Positions 37,844 through 48,119 are shown, counted from the stretch's first letter. The stretch is 64,000 nucleotides of DNA from an uncultured Candidatus Rokubacteria bacterium (GCA_963708025.1 CAVPSB010000031.1:192001-256000); one strand, 5' to 3'. Notes: a model not told the origin generated them from the sequence alone. Numbers and translations: made by a program.

Positions 37844-38014
37844 GTCTCACCTCGGTCCGGCCAGCCTGGGGCCGGTACGCTCGATTGTACCCCCCGGGGC
37901 CGCGCGGGCGCCCGGAAACGGTCGGCGGTATGATGACGGCGTCGTGCCGGGGGATTCGGTGACGGGGGCCGACCCCTGGGGAGCTGCCCTGGACACGCGG
38001 CCAAGAGTTTGGGA

Positions 38015-38644
38015 ATGAAGCAGTGTTTTACTCAGGAGGCGTCGGCGCGTAAGGCCGAGCTGCGGCGGCTCGTCCTGGAGCGGCGCGAGGCGCTCGGGCC
38101 CGCGCGGCGGGCCGAGCTGAGCGCCCGGATCTTCGCGACGGTTCTCGCGCTGAATGCGTTCCGGGCCGCGCGGACGGTGCTGGCCTACCATTCGTTCGGC
38201 AGCGAGCCGGTGACGGCCTCGTTCCTTCGGGAGGTGCTCGGTCGGGGCCAGACGCTGGCGCTGCCGCGGGTGAATCGGCAGGCCCGGGCGCTGGATCTCC
38301 ACCAGGTGAGCGAGCCTGACCGCGATCTGGTGCCGGGCGTGTGGGGGATCCACGAGCCCGATCCGGCCCGGTGCCCGCCACTGGCGGTCGAGGCGCTGGA
38401 CTTCGTGCTCGTTCCGGGGGTGGCCTTCGACGCCAACGGCGGACGGATCGGCTACGGCGCCGGGTACTACGATCGACTGCTCCGCTGCTGTCCGGCCGGC
38501 GCGGCGCTGGTGGCCGCCGCGTTCGAGGCTCAGCTGGTGGACGCGGTCCCCTTGGAAGCGCACGATCGCCGGGTCGACCAGGTCGTCACCGAGCAGCGCA
38601 TCTATCCGGATGAGCCTCGCGCGAGGCAAGGAGCGGACGTGTGA
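38015..38644 (+). CDS. ygfA: 5-formyltetrahydrofolate cyclo-ligase
   Basis: VLVPGVAFD..GGRIGYGAGYYDR and PLEAHDRRVDQVVTE. Confidence 0.92.
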   Translation: MKQCFTQEASARKAELRRLVLERREALGPARRAELSARIFATVLALNAFRAARTVLAYHSFGSEPVTASFLREVLGRGQTLALPRVNRQARALDLHQVSEPDRDLVPGVWGIHEPDPARCPPLAVEALDFVLVPGVAFDANGGRIGYGAGYYDRLLRCCPAGAALVAAAFEAQLVDAVPLEAHDRRVDQVVTEQRIYPDEPRARQGADV

Positions 38645-39207
38645 GCACCCCGATCAAGATTCTCGGCATTGCCGGCAGTCTGCGGCGCGCCTCCTACAAT
38701 CGGGCGGCCCTCCGGGAAGCCCAGCAGCTCGTCCCGGGTGACGCGAGCCTCGAGACGTTCGAGCTGGACGGGATCCCCGGCTTCAACGAGGACGAGGAGC
38801 GCAACCCGCCCGCCAGGGTGGTCGACCTGAAGGCCCGGGTGCGGGCGGCCGACGCCGTCCTCTTCGTGACCCCGGAGTACAACTACTCCATTCCCGGGGT
38901 GCTCAAGAACGCCATCGACTGGGGATCCCGGCCCTACGGGGACAGCGCCTGGACCGGCAAGCCGGTGGCCGTGATGGGCGCCTCCGTCGGCGTGTTCGGC
39001 ACGGCTCGTGCCCAGTATCATCTGCGCCAGTCGTTCGTCTTCCTCAACATGTACCCCCTCAACCAGCCCGAGGTGATGATCGCGAATGCCGCGCAGAAGT
39101 TCGATACCGACGGGAAGCTGACCGACGAGAAGGCCAGGGAGCTGATCGGCCGGCTCCTCCAGAACCTGGTAGCCTGGGCGCGAACGCTCCAGGCGGCCTC
39201 GGCCTGA
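38641..39207 (+). CDS. NADPH-dependent FMN reductase (ChrR-like)
   Basis: GSLRRASYN and TPEYNYSIPGVLKNAIDW. Confidence 0.92.
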   Translation: MSTPIKILGIAGSLRRASYNRAALREAQQLVPGDASLETFELDGIPGFNEDEERNPPARVVDLKARVRAADAVLFVTPEYNYSIPGVLKNAIDWGSRPYGDSAWTGKPVAVMGASVGVFGTARAQYHLRQSFVFLNMYPLNQPEVMIANAAQKFDTDGKLTDEKARELIGRLLQNLVAWARTLQAASA

Positions 39208-39214
39208 GCCCGCC

Positions 39215-40189
39215 ATGGAATCCGCGTCGCTCGGACGCTCGGGGCTGCGGGTCTCCCGCCTGTGCCTGGGGACGATGCTCTTCGGCACCCAGTGCGACGA
39301 GGCCGCCTCGGTCGCCGTGCTGGACGAGGCCGCCACCCTCGGCATCGACTTCCTGGACACCGCCGACGTCTACCCGGTGCCGGCCACCCCCGAGACGTGG
39401 GGACGGAGCGAGGAGATCGTCGGCCGCTGGCTTCGCGGCCGGCGCGAGCGCTTCGTGGTCGCGACCAAGTGCGGCGGCCGGGTCGGCCCCGGCGCCAACG
39501 ACGCCGGCGGGAACCGTCGCCACGTCATCGCGGCGTGCGAGGCGAGCCTGCGCCGCCTCCAGACCGACCGCATCGACCTCTTCTACCTCCACCACGCCAA
39601 TCTCGACGCCCCGATCGAGGAGACCTTCGAGGCGCTCGACCGCCTCGTCCGGGACGGGAAGGTGCTCTACCTCGGGGTCTCGAACTTCGAGGCCTGGCAG
39701 TGTGCCCTCGCCATGGCGGCCATCGCCGAGCATGGGTGGCACCGGATCACGGCGCATCAGCCTCGCTACAACCTGCTGCACCGGCCTGCGGAGCGGGACC
39801 TCCTGCCGCTCGCTGGGGCGGCGGGCATCGGCGTCCTGCCCTACAACCCGCTCGGCGGGGGGTTTCTGACCGGCCGGTACCGGCGCGATGCGCCGCCCCC
39901 CGCGGACTCGCGCTTCGGCCGGGGCGACTGGGGGCGGATCTACCAGGGCCGGTACTGGTCAGATCGGATGTTCGACGTGGTCGAGACCGTGGTGGACGTC
40001 GCGAAGGCGGAGGGCCTGACGCCGGCGCAGGTCGCGCTGGCGTGGCTGCTCGATCGGGACGCGGTGACGTCGGCCATCGTCGGCGCCAGTCGTCCCGAGC
40101 AGCTTCGTGACTGCGCGGCCGTCGTGGGCCGCCGGCTGTCCGGCCCGGCGGTGGAGCGACTCGACGAGGCCTCGCGCGCCTTCGTCTGA
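39215..40189 (+). CDS. Aldo/keto reductase
   Basis: LCLGTM, DTADVY, SLRRLQTDRIDLFYLH, YNPLGGG. Confidence 0.93.
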   Translation: MESASLGRSGLRVSRLCLGTMLFGTQCDEAASVAVLDEAATLGIDFLDTADVYPVPATPETWGRSEEIVGRWLRGRRERFVVATKCGGRVGPGANDAGGNRRHVIAACEASLRRLQTDRIDLFYLHHANLDAPIEETFEALDRLVRDGKVLYLGVSNFEAWQCALAMAAIAEHGWHRITAHQPRYNLLHRPAERDLLPLAGAAGIGVLPYNPLGGGFLTGRYRRDAPPPADSRFGRGDWGRIYQGRYWSDRMFDVVETVVDVAKAEGLTPAQVALAWLLDRDAVTSAIVGASRPEQLRDCAAVVGRRLSGPAVERLDEASRAFV

Positions 40190-40199
40190 GAACCCACGG

Positions 40200-40275
40200 A
40201 GCATGGGGAGCCTCCGGCTCCCCCCTCCCCCCGGTGGGTGGGGGAGGGGGGCTGGGGGGGTAGGAGGGAGGTTCC
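40200..40275 (+). repeat. Repeat family A, core copy
   Basis: CCTCCGGCTCCCCCCTCCCCCCGGTGGGTGGGGGAGGGGG-CTGGGG...GGAGGGAGGT closely matches the core of the 7834-7930 copy. Confidence 0.7.
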
Positions 40276-40281
40276 AAGAAA

Positions 40282-41094
40282 ATGCAGATCGATCTGCGGG
40301 GCAAGGTCGCGATCGTCACCGGGGCGGGCCGGGGCATCGGCCGCGAGATCGCCACGACGCTGGCCGCCGAGGGGGTGACGACCGTAGTTACCGACGTCGG
40401 CCAGGAGTCGCTGGACGCGCTGGCCGGTGAGTTCAAAGCCGCGGGCTGGGTCGGCCGGACGTACCGCTGCGACGTGCGGGACGCGACGCGGATCGCCGAG
40501 GTGGTGGCCGACGTGACCGCGGCGTACGGACGGATCGACATCCTGGTGAACAACGCCGGGGTGGCGCCCGGCGGCCCCGTCGCCGAGCTGTCGGAGGAGA
40601 CCTGGGACCTCAACCTGGACGTGAACCTCAAGGGGACCTTCCTCATGTGCCGCGCGGTGGCACCGGTCATGAAGCGGCAGCGATGGGGTCGCATCCTGAA
40701 CGCCGCCTCGTTCGCGGCGATCGTGCCGATCGCCGGGAGCGCCGCCTACGCGGCGTCGAAGGCCGGCGTCCACTACTTCACCCGGGTGCTGGCCGGGGAG
40801 CTGGGCCCCTGGAACGTGACCGTCAACTGCTACGCGCCCGGCATGATCCCGACGGCCATGAACCGCTTCGCCGACGCGGCGCCGGCCCACCAGCAGCGCC
40901 TCCTCGACACGCTGACCCTCCGGCGCTGGGGCCACGCCCGGGACGTGGCGCACGTCCTCTGCTTCCTGGCCTCCGACCTGGCCGGCTACGTCACCGGCAC
41001 GATGATCGACCTGAGCGGCGGCAAGCTGGCGACCCAGATCCCGCGCCTGCCCTACGAGGCGGCGGCCGCGGCCGGGGAGTACGAGCTCGAGTGA
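40282..41094 (+). CDS. SDR family oxidoreductase
   Basis: VTGAGRGIG, ILVNNAG, YAASK. Confidence 0.93.
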   Translation: MQIDLRGKVAIVTGAGRGIGREIATTLAAEGVTTVVTDVGQESLDALAGEFKAAGWVGRTYRCDVRDATRIAEVVADVTAAYGRIDILVNNAGVAPGGPVAELSEETWDLNLDVNLKGTFLMCRAVAPVMKRQRWGRILNAASFAAIVPIAGSAAYAASKAGVHYFTRVLAGELGPWNVTVNCYAPGMIPTAMNRFADAAPAHQQRLLDTLTLRRWGHARDVAHVLCFLASDLAGYVTGTMIDLSGGKLATQIPRLPYEAAAAAGEYELE

Positions 41095-41098
41095 CGCC

Positions 41099-42442
41099 GT
41101 GGACGACCAGGCGCTGCTGGACGAGCTGCTCGGGGTCGCGCGGAAGCTCGGCGTTCCGGTCCGCGTCGAGCCCTTCGAGACGCCGCCGGCCGGGGGCGGC
41201 GGGCTGTGCGTCGTCCACGGGCGGGACCTGGTCCTGCTCGATGCGCGGGCCTCGGCGGGCGATCGCGTCCGGGCGCTGGCCCGGGCGCTGGCCGGCCTCG
41301 ACGTGGACGCGGTCTACATGGCGCCCGAAGCCCGGGAGCTGGTCGACTCGATGAGCCCGGTGGTGGGCCGGCCGCGCGAGGCCGTGTCGCTCGCGCCGCT
41401 CTGCACCCTGGGCGTCGGCGGCCCGGCCCGCTTCTTCGTCGAGGCGGAGACCGAGCGGGCCGTGATCGAGGCCCTCGACTGGGCGAAGGGCCGGGGCGTG
41501 CCGGTCCGCGTCCTCGGCGGCGGCTCGAACCTGGTCGTCGCTGACGCGGGTGTGGACGCCCTCGTCCTCAAGCTCGGCCTCCGCGGGGTGACGACGCGGG
41601 AGGTCGACGGGGCCGTCGAGCTCACGGCCGGCGCCGGCGAGCCGTGGGACGAGCTGGTCCGGCTGACGGTGGAGCGGGGGTGGGCGGGCCTCGAGTGCCT
41701 GAGCGGGATCCCGGGACTCGTCGGGGCGACGCCCATCCAGAACGTGGGCGCCTACGGCCAGGAGGTGAGCGAGACGGTGACCGCCGTGCGGGCGCTCGAC
41801 CGGGCGACCGGGCGGATCGTCACGCTCGACCGGGCCGCCTGCGGCTTCGCCTACCGGGACAGCGTGTTCAAGAGCGGGGAGCCGGATCGCTACGTGGTCC
41901 TCGCCGTGACCTATCGGCTGACGCCGGGCGGCCCGCCGGCCGTCCGCTACCCGGAGCTGGCACGCCACCTCGCGGCGCGGAGCCTCGCCGCCCCGTCGCT
42001 CGGGGACGTCCGCGAGAGCGTCCGGGCGATTCGCCGGGCGAAGTCCATGGTGCTGGAGGCCGACGATCCGAACCGGCGGAGCTGCGGCTCGTTCTTCGTG
42101 AACCCGATCGTGACGGCCGCGCAGGCGGCGCGGGTCGAGACGATCGCCGGCGACCCGGCGATGCCGCGCTGGCCCCAGCCCGACGGCCGGGTGAAGCTCC
42201 CCGGGGCGTGGCTGATCGAGCGAGCCGGCATCGAGCGCGGTGAGGCGGACGGTCCGGTCGGGCTCTCGACCCGTCACGCGCTTGCCATCGTCGCCCACGA
42301 GGGCGCCCGCGCGGCCGACGTGGGCGCCTTCGCCCGGCGTCTCCGGGCGCGCGTGGAAGCCCGCTTCGGTGTGCGGCTCTACCCGGAGCCCGTCTTCTGG
42401 GGCTTCGAGCGACTGGAGGACGGGCTCCCCGCCGAGGACTGA
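41099..42442 (+). CDS. murB: UDP-N-acetylmuramate dehydrogenase with an extra ~85-aa N-terminal domain
   Basis: TLGVGGPA, LGGGSN, GIPGLVGATPIQNVGAYG, FAYRDSVFK, GSFFVNP, FGVRLYPEP. Confidence 0.9.
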   Translation: MDDQALLDELLGVARKLGVPVRVEPFETPPAGGGGLCVVHGRDLVLLDARASAGDRVRALARALAGLDVDAVYMAPEARELVDSMSPVVGRPREAVSLAPLCTLGVGGPARFFVEAETERAVIEALDWAKGRGVPVRVLGGGSNLVVADAGVDALVLKLGLRGVTTREVDGAVELTAGAGEPWDELVRLTVERGWAGLECLSGIPGLVGATPIQNVGAYGQEVSETVTAVRALDRATGRIVTLDRAACGFAYRDSVFKSGEPDRYVVLAVTYRLTPGGPPAVRYPELARHLAARSLAAPSLGDVRESVRAIRRAKSMVLEADDPNRRSCGSFFVNPIVTAAQAARVETIAGDPAMPRWPQPDGRVKLPGAWLIERAGIERGEADGPVGLSTRHALAIVAHEGARAADVGAFARRLRARVEARFGVRLYPEPVFWGFERLEDGLPAED

Positions 42443-42455
42443 CGCCGGCCGTTGG

Positions 42456-42480
42456 TCGGGACCTCCCTCACACGCTCTCA
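42456..42480 (-). repeat. Repeat family A, minimal/'empty' form
   Basis: Minus strand TGAGAGCGTGTGA-GGGAGGTCCCGA: left and right ends of the element with no hairpin core. Confidence 0.6.
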
Positions 42481-43683
42481 GAGTGTCCGCAGCCGCGGGA
42501 AGGCGAGCGCCGCGGCCGCCGTGATGAGGATGAGGGCCACCCCGCTCACCCCGAGAGCCACGCTCACGCCCACGAGCGAGGCCAGCGCGCCGACCTGGAG
42601 CTGGCCGAGCGGGGCCGTCCCGATGGCGACGACCCACGCGCCGCCGGCCCGTCCCCGCTGCCCGCTGGGGGCCGTGAGCTGGATCAGGCTCTGCGAGAGG
42701 ATGTCCGAGAGCCCGCCCACGGCGTTGACCACGACCAGGAGCAGCAGCACCCACACGAAGCTCGACGCGAAGCCGAGGGCGACGAGCGACCCGCCGAAGA
42801 CGAGGAGCACCGCGAGGAAGACGCCGCCGCTGGCCCGGGTCTGGCCGAGCCCGGTCATCAAGAGAATCCCCAGGATGCCGCCCACCGAGCGCGCCCCGGT
42901 CATCGCCCCCAGCCCGCCGGCGCCGACCGCCAGGACGTCGCGCGCCAGGCTGGGGAGGACCGCTTGGTGCGAGAAGCCGAGCATCTCCGCGCCGGCGGTG
43001 AGCACGATGAGGCCGGGTAGGAGCCGGTCGTGCCGGAGGGCCCGGACGAAGTCGGCGAAGCCGCGCCACACCGAGCCGGCCTCCGGAGCCGCGTGCCCGG
43101 GGCCGGCCCGGGCCGGCAGGAGAGCGGCCGCGCTGGCGAGGTAGCCCGCGGCGGCCGCGAGGTAGGCCGCGCCGGCGCCGAACCGTGCCGTGAGGGCCCC
43201 GCCCAGGAGCGAGCCGAGCAAGCCCCCCACGCGCATCGCGATCCCGAGGAGGGCCAGGGCGTTGATCAGCCCGGAGGCCCCGACCAGGTCGTGGATGTAG
43301 CTCTGGCGCGCCGCCTGCTGGAGCGCCCGGACGCAGCCGGCCGCGAACGTCAGGACGAGCAGGTGCCAGACCTGCACGACGCCCGTTAGCGCGAGGACGC
43401 CCGGGACCGCGCCGGCCAGCGCCAGGAGCAGGGCCGTGGCCCGTAGCAGCCGGACGCGGTCGCCACGGTCGGCCAGGACGCCGGCGGGGATCCCGACGAG
43501 GAGGAGCGGGACCATGCGCAGCCCGAGGGCCACGCCCACGATCAGCGGAGAATCGGTCAGCTCGAGCGTGAGCCAGCCGAGCGCGACCTGCTCGGCGACG
43601 GCGGCCAGCCAGTCGAAGGCGCCGGAGGCTCCGAGGGCGCGGAAATCGCGGTGGCGCAGGAGGGAGGTCTGGACGAGGGGCAT
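42478..43683 (-). CDS. MFS transporter
   Basis: LRHRDFR, AGVLADR, QQAARQS, about 12 TM segments. Confidence 0.88.
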   Translation of the reverse strand: MPLVQTSLLRHRDFRALGASGAFDWLAAVAEQVALGWLTLELTDSPLIVGVALGLRMVPLLLVGIPAGVLADRGDRVRLLRATALLLALAGAVPGVLALTGVVQVWHLLVLTFAAGCVRALQQAARQSYIHDLVGASGLINALALLGIAMRVGGLLGSLLGGALTARFGAGAAYLAAAAGYLASAAALLPARAGPGHAAPEAGSVWRGFADFVRALRHDRLLPGLIVLTAGAEMLGFSHQAVLPSLARDVLAVGAGGLGAMTGARSVGGILGILLMTGLGQTRASGGVFLAVLLVFGGSLVALGFASSFVWVLLLLVVVNAVGGLSDILSQSLIQLTAPSGQRGRAGGAWVVAIGTAPLGQLQVGALASLVGVSVALGVSGVALILITAAAALAFPRLRTL

Positions 43684-43938
43684 GGTCAGGGAGCCGCGGC
43701 GCCGGGTCGGCGCGCCGCCCTGCTCCCTTGCATGCCCGGCATGCTACGACCCCGGGGCCGCCGGGGCAAGGGGCCGCAACCGCTGGCCGATGTCCGCGAG
43801 ATTGACATTCTTGATCGGATTAGGTACTCGTTAGGATCAACACGATCATCGCCCTCAACCGCGAGCTGCCACAGAAGCTGGTCATGCCGTCCACGGGGAC
43901 CCGCGTGGTCTTCGGGGCATGACGGGGAGGTTGACGCC

Positions 43939-44574
43939 ATGAGCCTTCGCCTGGGAGACACCGCGCCGGACTTCGCGGCCGAATCGACCGAGGGTCCGAT
44001 CCGCTTCCACGAGTGGATCGGGGACCGCTGGGCGATCCTCTTCTCGCACCCGCGCGACTTCACCCCGGTCTGCACGACCGAGCTGGGCTACGTCGCGCGG
44101 TTGAAGCCCGAGTTCGAGAAGCGCAACGTCAGGCCGATCGGGCTGTCGATCGATCCGGTCGAGTCGCATCGGGGATGGGCCCAGGACATCAAGGACACCC
44201 AGGGCCACGCCCCGAACTTCCCGATCATCGCCGATCCCGAGCGGAAGGTGGCCGACCTCTACGGGATGATGCACCCGGCCCACGACGAGGTCTACACCGT
44301 GCGCACGGTGTTCGTGATCGATCCGAAGAAGAAGATCCGGCTGATGATCACGTATCCTCAGACGACCGGGCGCAACTTCGACGAGATCCTGCGGGTGATC
44401 GACTCGCTCCAGCTCACCGACCAGTACCGGGTGGCCACGCCGGTGAACTGGAAGCAGGGCGAGGACGTGATCATCGTCCCGGCGGTCACCGACGACGAGG
44501 CCAAGGGGAAGTTCCCCAAGGGCTGGAAGGCCCTCAAGCCCTACCTCCGCCTGACCCCGCAGCCCAATCGCTGA
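43939..44574 (+). CDS. 1-Cys peroxiredoxin (Prx6 family)
   Basis: FSHPRDFTPVCTTELG, GRNFDEILRVIDSLQL, ATPVNW. GGAGG RBS. Confidence 0.95.
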   Translation: MSLRLGDTAPDFAAESTEGPIRFHEWIGDRWAILFSHPRDFTPVCTTELGYVARLKPEFEKRNVRPIGLSIDPVESHRGWAQDIKDTQGHAPNFPIIADPERKVADLYGMMHPAHDEVYTVRTVFVIDPKKKIRLMITYPQTTGRNFDEILRVIDSLQLTDQYRVATPVNWKQGEDVIIVPAVTDDEAKGKFPKGWKALKPYLRLTPQPNR

Positions 44575-44687
44575 GCGTGTGAAGCAGTCGGGTTCATCCT
44601 GCCCCCCTCCCCCCCGGCCACAGGCCGAAGGCCGTCCAACGGTGGGGGAGGGGGGCTGGGGGGTGGGCGGGAGGTCCCGAGCTGAGG
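44573..44687 (+). repeat. Repeat family A, full copy with nested GGCCGAAGGCC module
   Basis: GAGCGTGTGAAG...CCCCCCTCCCCCC-CGGCCACAGGCCGAAGGCCGTCCAACGGT-GGGGGAGGGGG...GGGAGGTCCCGAGCTGAGG. It begins at the peroxiredoxin stop codon. Confidence 0.75.
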
Positions 44688-44733
44688 CCAGCGGGAGGGG
44701 GGCTCGGCCCCCTCCCGGACCTCCCCCGCCACC

Positions 44734-46221
44734 GTGTCGACCGACCCGCCGCTCGACCTCGTCGTCAAGCACGTCCGCGTCGTGCGCCCGAACCGGGCGG
44801 CCGTCGAGACGCTGGACCTCGGGATCAAGGACGGCCGCTTCGCCCGGGTCGCGCCGGAGATCGCGGCCGCCGACGCCCGCGAGGTCTTCGACGCCCGGGG
44901 TCTCCTGGGATTCCCGGGGGTCGTGGACGCTCACACCCACGTCGGGATCTACGCGCCCCTCGCCGACGACGCGGTGACCGAGAGCCGGGCCGCCGCCGCC
45001 GGCGGCGTGACGACCATGCTGACCTACTTCCGGACCGGCCAGTACTACCTGAACCGGGGCGGGTCCTATCGGGACTTCTTCCCCGAGGTGCTGCGGGGCT
45101 CGGAGGGGCGTTACCAGGTGGACTACGCCTACCACCTGGCGCCGATCCAGGCCGCTCACCTCGACGAGATGGAGTGGCTGGCCAGCACCCAGGGGGTGCC
45201 GTCGTTCAAGATCTTCATGTTCTACGGGGGCTACGGGCTCCACGGCCAGACCGACCGGGACACCCAGCGCCGGTTCCTGGCGCTGGACGAGGGTGACCAC
45301 TACGACTTCGCCCACTTCGAGTTCGTCATGCGGGCGGCGGCCCGGGTCGCCGAGAAGCACCCGGGGCTGGCCGAACGGGTGAGCGTGAGCCTCCACTGCG
45401 AGGTCGCCGACATCCTGAACGCCTACACGAGGCGGGTCCAGCGGGACGCCTCCCTCACTGGGCTACGGGCCTACAGCGCGGCCCGCCCGCCCCACGCCGA
45501 GGGGCTGGGCGTCTGGATCGCCGCCTACCTGGCGCACGAGACGGCGTGCCGTAACGTCAACCTGCTCCACCTGTCCTCCCGCAAGGCGCTCGAGGCCGCC
45601 CTCATGATGCAGGGCTGCTTTCCCCACATCGACTTCCGGCGCGAGGTCACCGTCGGCCACCTCCTCCTCGACCACGACGCGCCGGCCGGCGTGCACGCCA
45701 AGGTCAACCCGCCGATCCGGTCGCGCGAGGACGTGGAGTACCTGTGGCAGGCCGTCCTCGACGGGCGGGTCGACTGGATCGTGAGCGACCACGCCTGCTG
45801 CGCGACGGAGCAGAAGGTCGCGGCGGCGCGGCCCGACGACATCTGGCTGGCCAAGGCGGGCTTCGGCGGCACCGAGTACCTGCTGGCCGGCGTCTTCAGC
45901 GAGGGATCGAAGCGCGGGCTGGCGCATCACCGGATGGCCGAGCTGACGAGCTGGAACCCCGCCCGCCGGTTCGGTCTGGGGACGAAGGGCGACGTCGCCG
46001 TCGGCTACGACGCCGACCTGGCGCTGCTCGACCCGACGCGGACCTTCACGGTGCGCGCCGCCGAGTCACCCTCGGCCCAGGGCTACACGCCCTTCGAGGG
46101 CCAGGAGCTGACCGGTCAGGTGCGGGCGACCTTCCTGCGCGGGCAGCTCGTCTTCGACGCCGGCCGGATCGTCGGGCCGGCCCGCGGGCGGTACCAGAAG
46201 CGCCCGACCCCCGCGCCCTAG
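44734..46221 (+). CDS. Cyclic amidohydrolase (allantoinase/dihydropyrimidinase-like)
   Basis: PGVVDAHTH, FKIFMFYG, LHCE, KVNPPIR, SDHAC, GYDADL. Confidence 0.85.
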   Translation: MSTDPPLDLVVKHVRVVRPNRAAVETLDLGIKDGRFARVAPEIAAADAREVFDARGLLGFPGVVDAHTHVGIYAPLADDAVTESRAAAAGGVTTMLTYFRTGQYYLNRGGSYRDFFPEVLRGSEGRYQVDYAYHLAPIQAAHLDEMEWLASTQGVPSFKIFMFYGGYGLHGQTDRDTQRRFLALDEGDHYDFAHFEFVMRAAARVAEKHPGLAERVSVSLHCEVADILNAYTRRVQRDASLTGLRAYSAARPPHAEGLGVWIAAYLAHETACRNVNLLHLSSRKALEAALMMQGCFPHIDFRREVTVGHLLLDHDAPAGVHAKVNPPIRSREDVEYLWQAVLDGRVDWIVSDHACCATEQKVAAARPDDIWLAKAGFGGTEYLLAGVFSEGSKRGLAHHRMAELTSWNPARRFGLGTKGDVAVGYDADLALLDPTRTFTVRAAESPSAQGYTPFEGQELTGQVRATFLRGQLVFDAGRIVGPARGRYQKRPTPAP

Positions 46222-46244
46222 GTCCCGCTGGTTAGTCCCGCTGG

Positions 46245-47235
46245 TCAGTCCCGGCGCCCGACCCGCGGCCACACCTCGGGGTTGGCGAGGACGTGGGGTC
46301 GCTCGCCCCGCAGCACCCGGAGCATCTCGCCGGTGACCTGGAGGCACGCGACCCGGATGGCCTCCTTGGTGCCGCCGGCGATGTGCGAGGTGCACAGGAC
46401 GTTGTCGAGGTTCAGCAGCGGGTTGTCCACCGGGGTCGGCTCCTCCTCGAACACGTCGAGGCCGGCGGCGGCGAGCCGCCCGGTGACCAGCGCCTGGAAC
46501 AGGGACGGCTCCTCCTGGACCGGGCCCCGGGAGGTGTTGATGAAGATCGCCCCGGGCTTCAGGAGGGCGAGCGTCTTCTCGTTGATCATGTGCCGGGTCT
46601 CGGGGGTGAGGGGCGTGTGGCAGGTCAGGATGTTCAACCTGGGGCAGGAGCGCCTCCAGGCTCTCGACCGGCTCGGCGCCGCGCCGGCGGACCTCGTCGG
46701 CCGGCACGTAGCGGTCGTAGCCGAGCACCCGCATGCCGAAGGCGGCGGCGAGCGCCGCCACCCGGCGGCCGATGTTCCCCACGCCGACGATGCCGAGCGT
46801 CTTGCCGGACAGCTCGACGTTGTTGATGACCCGGCGGGCTTGCCAGTCACCGGCCCGGGTCATCCGATCGATCGACCGGACGTGCTTCACGCAGCCCAGC
46901 ATGAGCATGAGCGCGTGCTCGGCCACCGCCTGGGAGTTGGAGCCGGGGGCGTGCACGACGGCGACCCCGAGCTGCGTCGCCGCGGGCAGGTCCACGGTGT
47001 CCAGCCCCACGCCGTGCCGGCCGACGACCTTGAGACGGGGGCAGGCGGCCATCAGCCGCTCGGTCACGCGGGGCCGGGCCCGGATGAGGAGGCCCTCGGC
47101 CTCGGCGGCGGCCCGGATGACGCCCTCCTCGCTCTCGTCGCTCACGACGACCCGGGCCTCGCGCTCGAGCTGCGCGTGGCCGTCGGGGTGGATCGGGCCG
47201 GCGAGGATGACGAGGGGACGGGGGTCGGGGGTCAT
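46245..47235 (-). CDS. D-2-hydroxyacid (phosphoglycerate dehydrogenase-like) dehydrogenase (frameshift near 46633)
   Basis: GRHGVGLD, AVAEHA, GIVGVGNIG, then in the next frame HTPLTPETRHMIN, INTSRG, AGLDVFEEEP. Confidence 0.88.
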
Positions 47236-47330
47236 CGAGCGATCTCCTTTCGCTGCGAGCTCGGGACGAGGCGCCGCACGGCGCACGGGTCCCCAGTGTA
47301 CCGCACGGTTTTCAGCGGCGCGTGGCGGGC

Positions 47331-47963
47331 CTACTGGCCCCAGAACTGGCGGTAGTGGGCGGCGAGCTGATCGAGGGCGGAGCGGACGTCCGGATGGCGC
47401 CGGGCCTGGATGTAGGCGGCGCGCACGGCGGGGTCGTCGAAGTTCAAGCTGTTCGCGTCGCAGCACATGAGCGACGCCGCGTCGTTCCGGTGGGGCAGGC
47501 CGAGCGCGTGGCCCAGCTCGTGTGCGGCCACCTGGTAGAGGAGCTGCTCCGCCGACGTCTGCCCCCGGGCCACCGGCTGGCTGAGCGTGATCCGGACGGG
47601 CAGGCGCAGGACGCCCTGGTCGTCGGCGTCCAGCCAGGTCTCGCCGAACAGCCGGTCCGGCGCGTCCGTCAGGAGCCGCAGCCGGACGCCGGCACCGTCC
47701 TCCTGCCCGCTCCACGCGAAGACGGGCACCCCGAGGGCCTCCGTCGAGATCCGGTTCCAGTCGTCCACCGCCCGGCGCACCGCAGCCTCGAGCGGGGCCG
47801 GCGCGCCGGCCAGGGAGACGGTCAGCGGGAATCGCGCCCGGGGATGGCCCACGAGCCGCCCGCGGGCCACCGGGACGTCGGAGGCGTCACCCGATGCCGC
47901 CAGGAGCAGGCCGAGCGCGGCCAGCCCGGCCAGCCGGACGCCGAGGCGTCGTGACGCGCGCAT
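47331..47963 (-). CDS. Matrixin family (metzincin) metalloprotease, secreted
   Basis: Signal peptide, HELGHALGLPH, Met-turn SLM. Confidence 0.85.
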   Translation of the reverse strand: MRASRRLGVRLAGLAALGLLLAASGDASDVPVARGRLVGHPRARFPLTVSLAGAPAPLEAAVRRAVDDWNRISTEALGVPVFAWSGQEDGAGVRLRLLTDAPDRLFGETWLDADDQGVLRLPVRITLSQPVARGQTSAEQLLYQVAAHELGHALGLPHRNDAASLMCCDANSLNFDDPAVRAAYIQARRHPDVRSALDQLAAHYRQFWGQ

Positions 47964-48053
47964 GGGGTCATCGTATCAGTTTGAGACCTCCCGAGGCCCA
48001 TCGGCTTCTCGCAGCCCTCTGCCTCTGGCCGCGCGGCCCGGGGCGTTCCGCTT

Positions 48054-48119
48054 CGAGCCGCGGCTTCGCCGCGGCCTCCGCGGGGGGCATCGGGGGGGGT
48101 CTTCCGAGGCCCCCCCGAA
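48054..48119 (+). repeat. REP-like repeat family B, left copy
   Basis: CGAGCCGCGGCTTCGCCGC...GGGGGCATCGGGGGGGGTCTTCCGAGGCCCCCCCGAA; an inverted counterpart lies at 48969-49029. Confidence 0.7.

Noticed and set aside
37844-38014. 6S RNA upstream of the 5-formyl-THF cyclo-ligase gene (a common synteny)
   Set aside because: The 170-nt gap must also hold divergent promoters, and I could not find the long 6S rod or central bulge. An Rfam search would settle it.
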